A DNA stretch of 64,000 nucleotides from Owenia fusiformis. Taxonomy: Eukaryota. Below are positions 23,511 through 47,100 of the stretch, piece by piece. Under the pieces are notes generated by a model. It searched no databases and was not told where the DNA came from. It saw nothing but the letters and a program-made list of their open reading frames with translations. The DNA is taken from assembly GCA_903813345.2 (NCBI GenBank), contig CAIIXF020000001.1, positions 26,226,001 through 26,290,000 on the forward strand, given 5' to 3'. Each line of letters begins with the position of its first letter. The first letter of the stretch is position 1. Position numbers and translations under genes: made by a program.

Positions 23511-24977
23511 GGATAATTAATCATTGTTTAGTAATGAATTATTCATGTGATTTCAATACATTTCTCATCCACTTAAACCATAAAAATCCTGAACCCATGG
23601 AAATCATGATTCCATAGTAAGAGAACAAAAAATAATTCATAACTTTACGAACTTATGGATCCCCTCATACAATTTAGCGGAAATTAATGCATTGATTGCA
23701 CAATAATAGACTGAGTTAAATTGCAATTGAAACTAGTGCAACAAGGATGAATCTCCATATCTAGGGCTTAAAATCCCATCTTATATGTTAATAAAGAGAG
23801 TGGCAAACACAACTTTTGAAAATGCTACTTTTTATACAGCACCTATGCACCCTTTTTGCAGTTTCATAGTGTTAATTAGTGACCCTATGTTAGAATTAAA
23901 TTGGTCCACCACCATCGTTGATGATACCTTTGAGACCTGGTTGACAGCATATGACAGCATCAATTTCAATGACTTAGTTTCTTCAAATTTACTATTCTCA
24001 ATTGTCAATCTGCCCTTGATCAAGAATAGGACAATTAACGGGGTGGTCATCGGGCTCTTGCAGTTTGGGTGCATTTCTCATCCAAAAATATAATGGTAAC
24101 ATTTTAAGGATCTCCAGTATATCTAGTCTATCTTGGCATTTTCAGTGCACTGTGTGCGTTCCTTTTCTATACTGCTTTTATAATACACCGATATTAAAAG
24201 GGTTGTGGTATTTAGAAAAAAGTGGCATTTTGGCTCACCCTGTAGAGTGACCTTATTACAACTAATGATGAGTGTATTGCCCAATACTAGTAAGCTTCTG
24301 GGGACAGTTTACGTTCGGTTGACGAACAAATCTGTTACGCCGGATCAGTGACAGAAGTGTAAGTCCTTTTGGAAATTAAACACCTTGTTACACTTAGAGA
24401 TGAATCCATATTTCATTCATTGAAATATTACGGTGGGGAAGATTTAAACTCCCATAACGCAACAAAAACTAAGTGCGTGTCAGTTCTAGATAATAGTTTA
24501 CTATTTGCCAAGAAATACAGAAACACTGAAATTGTTACACCTGTGTACTGAATGTTTTTTTCTCATTAATCAGTTTGAAAATGTTAAGTAAAAATAACTG
24601 ACAATAGTACATAGTAAATAGGCAGAAGTACAATAAGCAGTTTTTAAGTCCAATATGCATCTGCGACCCATTAATGATCACGCTAGAAACGAGTTAGCCG
24701 AAAGATGTCATCTTGATTCCTTTAAGGAATAACGCTATATTTACTAGCTGAAATATTATTTTAAATCAATTCTTATTTTGAAAGCTTTGATAATTTATGC
24801 TATGTTTACAAGGGGGGGGGGGGCATAAAAATGTGACATCCATCATTTTTTGTAATATTTAGGATCATGTAGACGAACCACATGTAACATAACAAAAGGT
24901 AGGGAATGTTTAAAAAAGTTTGATCCATATGTTATATATCTTGGTTGCAGTAGTTATTTTGACAATTAAAATGTTAA

Positions 24978-25211
24978 AAGCCCAGTATACACCAATGGGG
25001 CAAAATCCCACTTGCCCCATCGAGTCCCATCGAATCCCACTAAAACCCATGGGACCTTGATTACTGTGCCCCATCGAGTCTCATCGTGCCCAATCGAGCC
25101 CCATAGAGATCGGGCAAGATGGGGCAAAATCCGACGAAGTCCCCCGAGGTCCCAATGCATATATTAAGTCTGTGGAGGTCCCAACTTGCCCCATTGCTGT
25201 ATACTGGGCTT
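24978..25211. mobile_element. Harbinger/Tourist-like MITE
   Basis: TIRs aagcccagtatacaccaatggggcaa / ttgccccattgctgtatactgggctt, with internal cccatcgag repeats. TSD not clean. Confidence 0.7.
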
Positions 25212-26000
25212 ACATGTAAGTCACAATTCACTAAAAATAGGATTTGCTGATCAATTTATGAAAGATACCCAATATGTAACTTCACAAGTCATAATAGCTC
25301 TCAATTTCATTTAGTCTTCGATTGATCTTCCTCGGATCTGTGCCATCATTCGTGATTTATTTTATATTCAACTTATCTTAATATAATGTTAACCTTTTTG
25401 TGTGAAAATGAAAAGATACATAATTTAACTCACAAATCTAAACATGCGATAGCGAATGTTAAACTTTATAGTAGCATATATGTGAGTGTCCAATGTCTTG
25501 GCTCACCTTGTATGGTATAATGGTTCATCATATTTGAAAAAAAAACATTCAATGTCAATATATCATACTACATTTACTACCTTCAACATAAGAAGAATGC
25601 AAGGTATCACGAATTTTGTTAAAATAATCTTCATTTGACGTCACAAGTTAGAATTACTCTCGGCATACCTGTCGCCATAGATTGGTTATCCCTGTTGCGT
25701 TTAGATCACCGCATCGAGTATCTATTAGTGTTATTGGAATATTCTCCAAGAGACTGCAAAGCTTTAGTTAGTACTTACTGGTGACATCTCACTGAAAGGT
25801 AGTAATAAAGGTTATTACGGAAGTAGGATACAATGTCGTCCATATAGATGCTTATCTCCAGAAGTGACAAAAATAACATGATTTCATGCATTCGTTGATA
25901 TAACAATACACAGAAGAAAGCCGTATAATTCTATCTAATTCTAAGTGTTACTTTAGATAAATAGACAAACTTGTAATGCGAATAAAAAGCGGGGGATACA

Positions 26001-34478
<8,478 letters not shown>

Positions 34479-35540
34479 AGACAATCACTTAATGCTTAAA
34501 GGATAAATGTATTATGTCATTGGTTGTCAAGTTTATTGTACAGATAATTGATATAAATGGTGTTCTAATATATATATTATATGTATATGTATATTTTTAT
34601 GTATATACATATATATAATGGATATTGGATACATTCATATACCGGTACACGAATAATACATATTTGTTATCTATCGGATTATTTCTATATCATATGAAGC
34701 CTTGACTGATGATAACTAATAAGTTCATAATTCAGGTAAATGTGGCAAATGTATATTCACTACTCTCATTTGCTTTTATTCGTTGGAAATCCAATACCTG
34801 ACAAACAATCACTAATTATACCCTAATCCAATATGTTCTGGTTTTGATTACTATAATAATAGACTATCAAGGTTTGCAAGATACTTTTAGTGTCAAATAT
34901 CAAATCAATATGGCAACAGGGTTATTAACTAAATGAATTTTTAAATTGATGCATTTTTCCTTTTGAACGGATATTGTAACCCTTATAGCATGTATAAAGA
35001 ATAAAACTAGAAAACGGTAACTCAAAATTAACGCTTAAATTGTTGCGAAATCTCACATATGGCGGCCATTTTGAATTTTACACGGAATATATGTGAAATA
35101 AATATATGTTTTGAATATACTTTCAACATTTCAAACAACAATATCTATCACTTTGGTTTAAGATAAAAAACATAGATTATCGCGAAAAGTTCCCGCCATA
35201 AAGCGGCGGCCATCTTAAAACTATTCACCAACAGCCTATACATCTTTCCAACAAATATGAAGAAAATTTATCAACAAGTAATCGAGTTATCTTCCGGACA
35301 GACGGACGGACTGACTGATGGGGGGGGGGGGCTTCACTGTATCCCTACCGAACTTCGATCGTTGGGATAATAACATTTCAAATATGGACCAATTTGGTAA
35401 TCGAGGCAAGATTTAAAAACTTGAAAAACAGAACATCGCAAAATATATACCAGTATTTGTAATACTTTATTATTTAATAAATGTGATACACCTTGTTTAA
35501 GATATGAAGCAAACGAAAGTCGATAATAATGTGACAATGT

Positions 35541-38500
35541 CTATTTCTGGCAAATATTTCTAGCATCTGGCTGAAGAAACTGCATACACTCACTTGGCTT
35601 TGTACCCTGAAATACATTAATAATAGATACATTCGAACACAGATGTGGATTACATTAGACAGCAGAGTACTCATTGTATATTATCACCCTATCAAGGAAA
35701 GTATTATTGACAATGTAATAGTCGATAAGAAACTGCATCTTCAGATGAGACTTCAACAAGGTTATGTTTTATTTTTTAAGATGCACTTATTACAGTATAT
35801 AATATATAATATATTAGACATGCTAGTAGCGATTATGTACGTCATGTATGGTTTTTGATATGTCACTGTCATTTTGATTAATAAATGTATGTTGATATTT
35901 TCTTATATAATGTACCTTGTATGTTTTGCAAACAAACTTTATCAGATTACGCTGCGCCTCTTCCTGAATAGTATCTGTGTGCATCTAAAATAAGGAATAC
36001 TCATATTCATACCTGGGTGACATTCACTGAATGTGACAAAGATATGCTGGGGCTGGGAGGAAAAAAGGGTGTGCCATTCAGACGTCAAAGTTTAACTTTT
36101 GATGTTTTGTCTATTTCATTCATTCGTCAAGGTTATTTGAGATCAGGAATCATCTTGAAAAATCGAAAAATGTTTTCACTTTAAAATCCATATTCTATAT
36201 AATGGAAAATTAAAATCATTTTGGCAAAACTTGTTCTCAAAATGTGAATACATTTTGTGGGAAATCGTGCAGTGTGTCTATTTTTTCATATATTCGCAAA
36301 CCCTTGAGACATTGAGTAAGCCTATTTAGCTCATTTATTCAGCATTGTGATGAAGAATAAAGGAAATGTCCTCACTCCGTTCACAACTATCCATGGTGTG
36401 TACTTATGAGGAGGCTTGAGTCCCTCTGTTAGTATCGCCATGGAGTGCTCCACCATATCACCAACAGGTCCATTTGCACATTTTTCAATATCTGGGTAGA
36501 CTTTCTCCAGGTTATGTTGTCTGGCACACTAGAAACAATGAAGACACGATCGAAGCACTTCGATAATTAATTAAGATGATAAATATGCAGTACGGGTTGA
36601 GAAGGTCAAAATTGAAAGCTATATTGATTTTATGGTGAATGTCATATAAGGTCAAAGGTCATCTCGATTTTTAAATAACCCATTGTGCCAAAATTTTCAT
36701 ATCGACGTATAAGAGACTACTTTGCACTAGTCAGCTAGTAATAAAGTATAAACACACAGTAATAAAGTATAAAAGATGTTTACCTTATTGGCTATATTTC
36801 TTGGCAGTTCTTTTGATTTTTCAATGCAGTCAATAAAAGGAAAGTATGCACTGATGTTCTGGACAATATGTATTGTACAGGACTGGAAATAAACAATGTA
36901 CAATAAATGGGCGATCCAATTTAGCATAAATGACAAATAAAACCAGGATGCAACAGATTGAATATGTCCATGTCCTGTCATCATTTGGATGGACACCACC
37001 CATGGTGTACACTTTACATCATAAGCAATCATGTACCCCCACGTGTACCTAACAAAAACCTTGGTTAGGAGGAAGGTACCCACGTTTACTAGTTTTAAGA
37101 ACCACCTGAAAAATAAAGATTTAAGAAAATCAAAAATAAAATTATATGTAAATCTATAGATATAGGAGGTAGGGTATGATACTGAGCTATCTTGAAAAGA
37201 AATATAGCGGGTCTTTGAGCCTAGCGCCTGGTATCATTGGGTCTCATTCTTAGAATATAGTTTGCACTAAATTGTCTTGTCTTACAAGGTTCCACTTGTC
37301 CGATCACCACTTGAAAGTCAAAGAAGATACGAATCTCATTTGATTTACAATTATATCTTAAATTACCTCAATTATGTTCCCAATGCATTCTTCTACTCCG
37401 TGTTGACAAGTGAAGACCCATTTATCGCCAGATTGCTTCTCCTGTAATATACAATGAGCGCTTGATTTACATGATATGGAGGTCGAATAGATAGATAATT
37501 GAGACATCTATTTTTTATATATCATGAAAGGGAAAATCAGAAATAAATAGCAACTTTCCGATAATAGTGTTATTTTGTATCGTACGGTATCTCTTGCCAT
37601 ACATATTTTCCTTAATTGGAATAATGTGAGTCTTCATAAAAAATTGTGATATCGACATTAGTAATCATATCGTTAGTCAAACAAATCTAGAATTTACAAT
37701 GTTCTGCATAAGAGAATGATAAGATACAAGTATCATAAAATATGTTTTGTATAACACAAGTAAATTGATAAAAGAGCCTGAAAGGCACTTTGATCCGTTG
37801 ATGGGAAAAGCGGTGATTGAAATTCTGTCATCCCATTCTAATACTCAATTAATCTTTCTTAGAAATATGACATCATGGCTGAGAACAATATTTCATGATA
37901 TGTCATGTCACCGGCCCAATTTCTCTGATTCTATATGCAACTCTTTGAACAATTACGCAAATGCGAGTAGGTAGTTACCAGTTTCACCACCAGGTGGCTG
38001 ATTCGGGTCAATTAACATGGCAGGTATATAAGAAAGTTCCCTTAAACTTGAATAGTATCAATTTAAGTGGCTCAATTTTCATATTACCCTTATGTATCTG
38101 ATACTTATACTAATGAAAATATGTCCAGTAAAGCAAAATATTATCTGTCCACTAAAAGAAAAGATATTTCATTTTTTGTGATTTTTGTGATTTTATAGCA
38201 TCTATGGGGAATCTCCTCGAGCTAGAAGTCACATTTTCAAAAAAATTAATTTTTCAAAGTTGATAAAAACCTTTTAAAACCACATTTCTAGATGTAATTT
38301 TACATGTAGATTTCAAATATGATATTACTTTGACTGAATTTTTAATGACGTAAATCAAGATTATTTCTACTCGCATCTGGGTTATTGTTGTTTACAGCAC
38401 ATTGTTCTTCGCACCCTATTACATTGATTTGTAAACAAGGACAAAAAATGCGTTGCAGCGAGATTGGCGAGACAAAGACTGGCATGTGCTCGGGTATGAC

Positions 38501-39289
38501 GGAAATGACGTTTAAATTACTCATTAGGGAGTTTAAGCTTGCAATGCATTTCACATCCTAAACATGAACGGATAATATCTAAGCGATGCATGTGTATGGG
38601 CGATTGGTCATACGTATAGGTTGATGTTTCGATTTTATATGCAAGCTTAAACTCCCTATTATCTAAATATACAGTCTTTCTATTATATTAGACATGGTAA
38701 TATACCTAGCCACTGACATGACATAAATCATTTATTAGTAGTACTACTTACATGGGCATTACCATAAGGTATTAACGTGACATTCATTATCTTCCTGATC
38801 TTATTAAATGCAGGGAATAGCTGCTGGGTGATGAATGCCCGACATCCTGGACAGAGAGATTCATAATACAGGGTGACATTGACTGGCTTGGCTTTATCAT
38901 TTACTGCCCAAACGTTTCGTCGACACTGATCCACAACCTGTAGTGTAATCCGAAAATGATAAAGTAACACATATGCGTTATTTTTCTATTTGTATACAGA
39001 ATGTCTCATGATAACTAACTCAAAATTAATCATATTAACTACAATTAGCTTCAAGAGTCTCTTGACGTACTAGCCTACAATATAAAACCTAAGATGTATC
39101 CAAATACAGCCAAGATGGGAATGGATGCACGGCGCGCTGTGATGTAGTTTAGTTACGAGCACTTACCCCGCAGCTCCTAGCTATTTCCTCCGAACTGCAC
39201 CAAACGCTTGGTGCATGATTGCAAGGTTCTGTAGCAGCCGACAATCCTATCGTTACTGCAAACGCCAAAGATGAAAGGAAAGAAAACAT
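35541..39289 (-). CDS. IFI30: Gamma-interferon-inducible lysosomal thiol reductase (GILT) with N-terminal saposin A-type motif, 256 aa
   Basis: Exons (minus strand) 39289-39167, 38937-38752, 37441-37367, 36882-36784, 36528-36376, 35984-35916 and 35606-35541, all phase 0 and GT-AG. Contains signal peptide MFSFLSSLAFAVTIGLSAA, SapA-like CNHAPSVWCSSEEIARSCGVVDQC, active site YYESLCPGC, PYGNA, GILT signature CQHGVEECIGN, and PPHKYTPWIVVNG. Confidence 0.95.
37957..38379 (-). mobile_element. Family D element, copy 2 (in a GILT intron)
   Basis: Reverse complement of 32635-33019 and 53478-53905. Confidence 0.8.
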
Positions 39290-39540
39290 TGTGACTGAGT
39301 CAGTCGATAAATACCGATTTAAATATTTAAGCCTAGTCACTCACGAGTTGTTGATCTTGCGATACGCGAACTTTCCACAGGGTGAGCTCGTGCATTATAA
39401 ACATGATGTACACCCGGGGATGTACACAAGTTAGAAAACATTGTCGTCTAAAACGATCAACCAATTATCCTTGGAGTCAGTTCTTCAAAATAGCCTTGAT
39501 GGAATTTCCATTGTAAAATTTAGAGATGACTCAAATGAAA
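39290..39540 (-). promoter_or_regulatory. Putative GILT proximal promoter with AP-1 and kappaB-like motifs
   Basis: TGAGTCA at 39296-39302, TGACTCA at 39527-39533, GGAATTTCC at 39501-39509 and GAACTTTCC at ~39368, all just upstream of the ATG. Motif matches only. Confidence 0.35.
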
Positions 39541-41147
39541 TTATATTCAACACCTTACAGACGACAGAGAGTGATATGTTTCACAAATGTGTTCAATAAC
39601 ATGTAGGCATGGGCAGGGTCACCCTGTATTCAAGTGGTAACAATGTTAGCTCAAAATAAATTTCAGTGTCAAGTTGTTATCAATCAGCTGACCTAAACAA
39701 TAAAAATATGACAAGACACTACTGATTGTTCAAGTCTTGTGATCATTGTAAATCTTGTATTTCAAGAACTTCTTATCAATTGATATAAATCATCCTGCAT
39801 GAACGTGTCCTCTTATTATAAACGGATGTTATCTTGCCTATTATACCCATCATCATAGATCAAGATTAAGTGAAATCATATTTCAACGTATATTTCAGAG
39901 TATATTGCAAAGCATTTAATTAGTTTCATTTCGTCAACTCTAGATGTTGATCATGATTTGCCAGGGGCATCCTAATGTATTTCCTCCATATCTAAAGAAG
40001 TTGAACGATATTGTATGTTTGTAAAGACAATTTTGGGGGAATAGGGTTGTAATATTTAACGGTCTAACCGTCGGTGATTTTACATAACGCTGTATACAGT
40101 ATAACTTGCAATACATAAAGGTATATTGAGAATATATGGTTGAATATACCGATCGCCAATATGATACGATAATACCATATTAACCGAGTTTTAAAACCAA
40201 TACGCAATTCCCGTCCAGGAAATAAGCTACATGTGTGAATGTTTCATGAAAAGATTATGATGTCTAAGATTTACAGTAAATAGGTTAAACGTTGATATGA
40301 TTTTATTTTCGTTTGCTTAAAGTTTGCAAAAAATTCGATCATGTTTGAAACAATGAAACCTTTCGAGAAAACGATTTATTCTGGAATAATGAAAATTTTT
40401 CACACATCAAATATGAACAAAATCGCAAATAAAGCAAAAACGTCCAAAAACAGTGGATCGTCATTAAACAGGGTACTAAATATGCTTTCAAATATTCACA
40501 AATACAGACGCGTTTTTATATCCCCGAACATTGTTCGATGGCGTAAACGGGAATAAAATGACCAGGTGAATACGATTCCAATATGGGACATCAGACGCAA
40601 TACTGTATTTTTAATAAATGTACGTACAAGTCTAAATTGTATGTCATGAAAATATCTCTGTGAAAAATCTACTAAATGGCGCATTGGTTAGATATCCAAT
40701 ATCTCAAAGAACAACTCATTAGAGGGATTACTCCATCCAAAATGAAAACCATTTTAAAACGCTGATGAAGCTAAAATTGATAAACAGCATTTAAAAGCGA
40801 CAAACTTATTGATTCAACTTTTACTTTTCCAAATATTGCATCTTTATTTCGAAATTTTCAGTCTTTCAAAACTTTGGAAGTCAAATATGAAGTAAATCCA
40901 AAACATGATAACAGCAATATGTTTTATGTTATAATTTGAATTATTTAATTCACTTATTATAGTAAAAAGGGATAAAAAAAACACAGAAATTAGGTAAAAT
41001 CTGAGAAGCTGCTGAATTATTGTCCAGTGAGATAAACATTGTACATGTACATGTAAGTATACTACATGAGCCTACGACTGATCCTTCTTGCTATGATATT
41101 CTCATACATATTCAGTTGGCAGATACGTTCATGTAGTCTCTCAGTTT

Positions 41148-44100
41148 CTATTCTTCTTCTATCCTATCAGTGCCTTGCAAATCTCTTGCATACTGATCCC
41201 TAAGACTTTGTAAATAAGACCGTATGCTGCTCTCATCAAGACAAGAATTTCTAGCAGTTTGTACGAGTCTAGTACCAAGTTTGAACACAGCTCTCTGTTG
41301 GCGACTTCCCAGATCAGTCTCTTGGACTGCCTAGAATGAAATAATTATATTTAATCATATTTTTATTTTTCGTATACATATTTTATACTACGATCATTTG
41401 TGGGGATATACACGTGAACATGCAATATTATGACCCCTCATTTAGTTTTTCCAGGTAAGGAACATAATTACAACTATTTTCCTCATTACTTTTATATTAT
41501 ACTTAATTGGGCTAAAGGGGGAACTAACCTCCAGAGGACAATAATTCTACAAGTTCTCATACAAGTTCTCTTTAAAACAAGTTCCGCTTAACCGCCCTCA
41601 TTATTTTATAACTTTACCTGCTTCTGTTGAACTAAACAGCTACTGATTTTCTTAGCATCGTCCACTAGAGTTTTTGGAAGTCCACATATCTCTGCCAGTT
41701 GCAAACCTTGGAAAATAAAATTCAGATTCATTTACATTATCGATGCTACTATTCTAGTATATGTACGTTCTAGCTAGAAACATTTTTAATGTACAGTATT
41801 GAGTCATAATAAGGACATTTTTAAAATTATATTTCTCTCTGTATATCAGACTTCCAATTTCCATTTTATCTATTTTGAGAATATTGATAATATATTGGGG
41901 CTAGGACAAAAATGATACCTAGAATTCAATATTTACATTTTTTAGGTCAATTTGATCTATTAGGTTAATTTTTCAACAGATTGTTTCAACTTCATTTAAA
42001 GCCTGTATACTATTTATTTTAGTATTTAGTAAAATAAATGGTGAATGACAGCCAAATTAAGTTTTATAGGTATGAGAGTAGCATGATGTCTTGATATTTC
42101 AAGGTAACGTCGTTTGAAAAAACGATGTAAAGATAAAACAACAATGAAATATTTGTAGCTTTCTTTGAAAAACTAAGAAATAATTCAAGTTTGCTAATTT
42201 CCTGGAGAATGTCTAGTGTTGCATCATACGAATGTAATTTTAGGCGATCTGTCTGCGTGGGGTGGAGTTTATTACACCATCATTGAAACGGGACAGCACC
42301 TTTTCCATTCGGCCGAGGTTGGGCCATTGATGCCATGCAGCCGAAGGTCGCCCATACAACCGAATTTGGTCTTAAATCACCAGCTAGTTTTCGAATTTAA
42401 CACATCTTTATGATGTTTTAATCGATGTTAGCAAGCTATGATAGTGGTTATCACGCCAGAAATGAACATAATATTATTCGAAGCGTATTTCGAAATTTTT
42501 GAGGCCGCCACTTTGTTTGTCGATTTTGACCAATAAGAGACGTATGTCATCACCCAGGCCTGTAGCCAGGGTTTGCCAAGGGGGGGGGGGTCACTTTTTG
42601 AAAAATTCCAGGGGGGGTTCACTTGTTACAATTTTGGTCGACCCCCCCCCCCGCCCTGGCCATGGGCACCCCTCTTCACATCAATGTTATCTTCCTACTT
42701 AGTTTGCAATGCAAATCTTCGGCAATCTGGCTTTTCTTGAGGTTTCTTCGGTTGAATGCCAAAAATCGTTATCAAAAATTATTGCCAAGGAATAGAAAAC
42801 ATATGTTAAGGTTGAGAGTTATTTGTTTTGACACTATAGGAAAATAGTACCGCAATATAAGGTCAGTGTATATGGGAAGAAGACTGTATCCTTCGTCTGA
42901 ATAAATTCAGACTGAATCTCTGTTGGATACGTGCTAATATGGGGACTACTGCGAAATAATGAACGCAAGTGATATATATCCCCGTGTATCTATCTAAAAT
43001 ATTATATGTAGTTATTTCGTTAATAATTACGCGCGCGTCTAAATAATTGTAACTAATCAAATTGTTGGATTTAATGCGCATGCGCAAATTGACGAACCAA
43101 AAATGGAACCTCACATAGAAAATATTCCGGGCAATACAAGAGGCATTATGGGAAGTAAATGCTGTGAAATAATGAATGTAAGTGACATCTATCTCAAATA
43201 ATGTTTACAAAGTTAATGATTGCGCATGCATTCAAATAATTTTCATAAATTGCAAGATTTAATGCGCATGCGCTAAAACCGAACCAAAAATGGAATCTCG
43301 CGCAGATTCCCTTAAGTGCCGTGGCGTCATTTCGGGTGCGAAAGGACGCTATCATACACAGCGACTCTGTTGAAATAAGCAGTATTAAGGTTCAGCTGGA
43401 AAGTAACATTTTGGTAAAAAATTGCTATACAGTTGGGGACAAAAATAAATGACAGGTCGATTTTCGATCACCATTTCCTAATTATGGTGGTCTGAAAGCC
43501 CATAATTTTAAATATTGTCTAGATATATATCCCTTAAAATTTGTATATTTTACATTTTGTATAATCTCATCCACTGATGTATGGCCTCTTGTAAATTCTC
43601 TTATTTTTAACATGGGAAATCCTCACTTCAGCAAATCCACCTGTCATTTATTTATGTCCCCAACTGTACCTGCACATGTTATTTTCTGGTACAAAATTAA
43701 GTATGAAGTTGTGTGTGTATTTCCTTGCTTTTTTCAGGAAAGTATCATTACACTGTTTACTTATAGAATATCTAGAAACAGGTCAATGGTAGCTCCTGTG
43801 TTGTCTGGAAACTTTGAAAGAAAATTTGGAAAAATAGAAAGTGTGAAATATCAGAATTTCCTGGAGTTCCCATTGAACCCCTACCAGATATTCTAAAAGA
43901 AGACAATGTAATGATACTTTCCTGAAAAAAGCAAGGGAATTGACACATGCCTTCATACTTTATTTTGTACCAGAAAATAACATGTGCAGGTATAGCAATT
44001 TTTTACCAAAATGTTACTTTCCAGCTGTACCTTAATGCAATTTATGTGACCATGGGGCGGACAGGAAGGCGATGTGCAGCCGCAGCATGTAGTAATAGCA

Positions 44101-47100
44101 GTATGGGAGATAATAAAAGTCTCTATTTATTCCCAACTGACGAGAAAACAAGACAAAAATGGATCAAACAAGTCAGAATAAATCGTCCAAATTTCACCCC
44201 TACCAAACATTCTCACTTGTGCCAGGATCACTTTCAGTCCAGAGATTTTAACATCACAGATATACAAGCTAAATTTTACAAAGATAATGGCATAACATAT
44301 AACAAAGTATTAAAGAAAGGTGCTGTTCCATCAACGTTTTGGAGGGAAAGTGGTGAAATCCCGGCCTTGGGAACAGTGGCAACAAGTCCTACACAACTGA
44401 ATTCAGAGCTCAATCTGCAGACCCCATTAAGGGAAGCCTTCCTCAAACGGGATAACCAGGGGGTAAGCCTCAATATCGATATTTTTATTTCATTAAATCT
44501 AACACGAATTGTTTAATGATGCAATGTTCACATGAAAAAATGTAAAACACTTGTTTCAGAAATGAGAATCCTTCGTGCGTTTCTACTATTATCGCCCAGG
44601 TTTGAAAAAAATCATTTTAGACAAAATCGGATGAAGAAAAGATTTTCTTCATCCTAGACAAAATCTAAAGTCTATTTTGTTCACTTTAAAGCTCCATTTA
44701 CACTTACCAGTCTCTTTCACTGGACCTTTTAAGTGCTCTAGAGACATGTGATGACCGAAAGTCTAAGTTCACCACAACCCGATATGTCCTCATGAGACAT
44801 GTGGAGTCCAATGGAGTGTTGTCAAGTCTGGTCGAGTCCTCTCAAGTCCGATGGAATTCCCTCGGATCGTGTGATGTGATGCATGAAGGCCTCTGTTACC
44901 TTGGAAGTATCATGTGATCAAATTTTAACAAAAAAAGACTGGTGAAAGAATGTGAAAGAAACAATTCATTCCACAAAAAGATCAGTCTTTTTGTAGCAGT
45001 AACATCAGTCTTCACAAGACACCATTTTTCAAGTCTGATCTAAAAACCTGTCGAGACTGGCAAAAGACCAGCACTCTTCTCTCTCATTGGAAATACACAG
45101 GGTAACAAAAAAGACTGGTCAGTGTAAACAGAGTTTTAGAATCTGTCATTTATGGGCCTTTTGTTCGCGGCACTCGTGATCATGTCAAATTATTTTCGTA
45201 GAAATTGATTGTCCAAAACTTGAATAAACCGGGGAAATCCCTATGCTATCTGATTGGTCATTAAATATATTTATCAGTATGGTCATTCTAAAAAAATAAA
45301 AACTGGCTTTGAATCTGATTGGCTGCCTTGCTCAAGGCACATGCCCAGTTTGCCAACACTCATGTAATCTTTTTTGTCACTTGACAGTGTTTTCCCTGGA
45401 TTGCCACGATCCAGCTCAATTATGTTCAATTCTGCCATTTGGTTGCTCTGTTGAGCTCAATATATTGGCTATACTATACCCATAAGCTGGTCTCAAAATA
45501 TATCTGAAGTTCTACTTCATGTAAGATATTATATCAGCAATTATAATGGGACATCACTGATTATCCGGGGGTCAATATTATATCATTTGTAAAAGACAAA
45601 GTGCATTTATGGGCAAATACCTATGGTCAGAATGAATCATTTTAGGTGCAACATGAAGAATACAATGTAACACTTTGGAAAATATTTAAGAGATTGGACT
45701 CATATGGGCTAGGGTTGAGGTCATTAAGTTCAGCAAGGGTGTATTGACTTGACATGGGATGTGTTCCATTGACTTAACATGAGGATATCATCATGTCCCA
45801 ATAGATGCCATTGGTTTCTTTTGATAACCACAAATATACCAAAAAAACACTAAGACCTGAATCGATTGCAAATTAAATAATTTCACAATATGACACAAAT
45901 GGTATATCTCATCAAATATGTAAGTTTGTAATCGATTCAGGTAATACTTTTAATTAAAAGATTATACATTTGTTCGTAATCCTTCCTTTAAAATGACTAG
46001 AAAAATTAGCCAAAAGCAACTTTTACAATTATTAAATGGCATACAACTTTGTACATCCAAAGATTATACTATTATATGTCATTAATTAATAGCATATTTG
46101 GATAAGATGTAGGGATATGTAGGATGCAAATGGATTTTGACAGACACAAAATGTTTAGCTGATTTGGCATCTCAGCCTCTACACTTCATGATTGAATATT
46201 GACCCTAAAAAGAAGCCATTCATCAATACAGTGCTGCATATAGGTCAACAAGAGAATGTAATTATAAAAGCAATTAATTCTTTTTGAAAAATCAGATGAA
46301 TTATTTTCTGAATTTTTTCCCATGGGGAAATCATAATGGAGAGTGCACTACATCCTTTGGTATTTACTATGTTTTTCAGGTTTTCACAGAGTTACTGTCC
46401 CCAAAGACTCCAACAGAAACTCACGATCCTCCTAGTGAATCAAAGAAAAGAAAAATGACACCACTGACACGTCCTGTCACCCAAATGAAGATAAATGCCA
46501 ATACACCAGCAATTGTGAAAAGCAAGCGAGTCCTTCCTAAGGTAATTTGTTGATTAGAGCTATTGAATTCCATTTGAAATACTTCTCTTACCTTTTTGGC
46601 CACTACACAGCAATTATTTAACAATGAAGGGAATATTTAGCTTGACTTTCAATCTGTCAATATGTTATATCATTGTCAAAGTAGTTGATATCCAAGAATT
46701 ATCTCCACGGTTGTCACGAGGGAATAGTCCCTATTTCTATCAGTTCTTAGCCACTTAAAACTGACAACATAGTGAAAATACAACTATCTGTTTTCAGATG
46801 CAGAAATCATTGGCAAGCATTGGTGTGCAAGTTTGCCATACAGATGCAGAGTTCTCATCTCAATATTCAACAGTCAACAACTACACTCAGACAATACCAC
46901 CTCCTAAAACAATATTATGTAACACCAGTAGACAGTATGATCCGGCCACTCCTGCAAGTCTAGCTATCCAACATATTGACAAGAAACCACAATTCAGCTC
47001 GACTTCAATAAACTCACCTTATTACTTACCATAATGTTTCTCCTTTGTCTTTCCCTTTGAAAGGACATGTGTGTATGTGACTTTGTCGCAGTTACCTTCC

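Noticed and set aside
36883-37106. In-frame 5' extension of GILT exon 4 (ORF 36727-37083) as an alternative exon
   Set aside because: The upstream AG at ~37106 is out of phase with exon 3, and the extension has no GILT-like sequence.
43947-44051. N-terminal 35 aa of the 189-aa THAP ORF
   Set aside because: It derives from a MITE arm and intron sequence. THAP domains are N-terminal, so ATG 44052 after the acceptor at 44024 is preferred.
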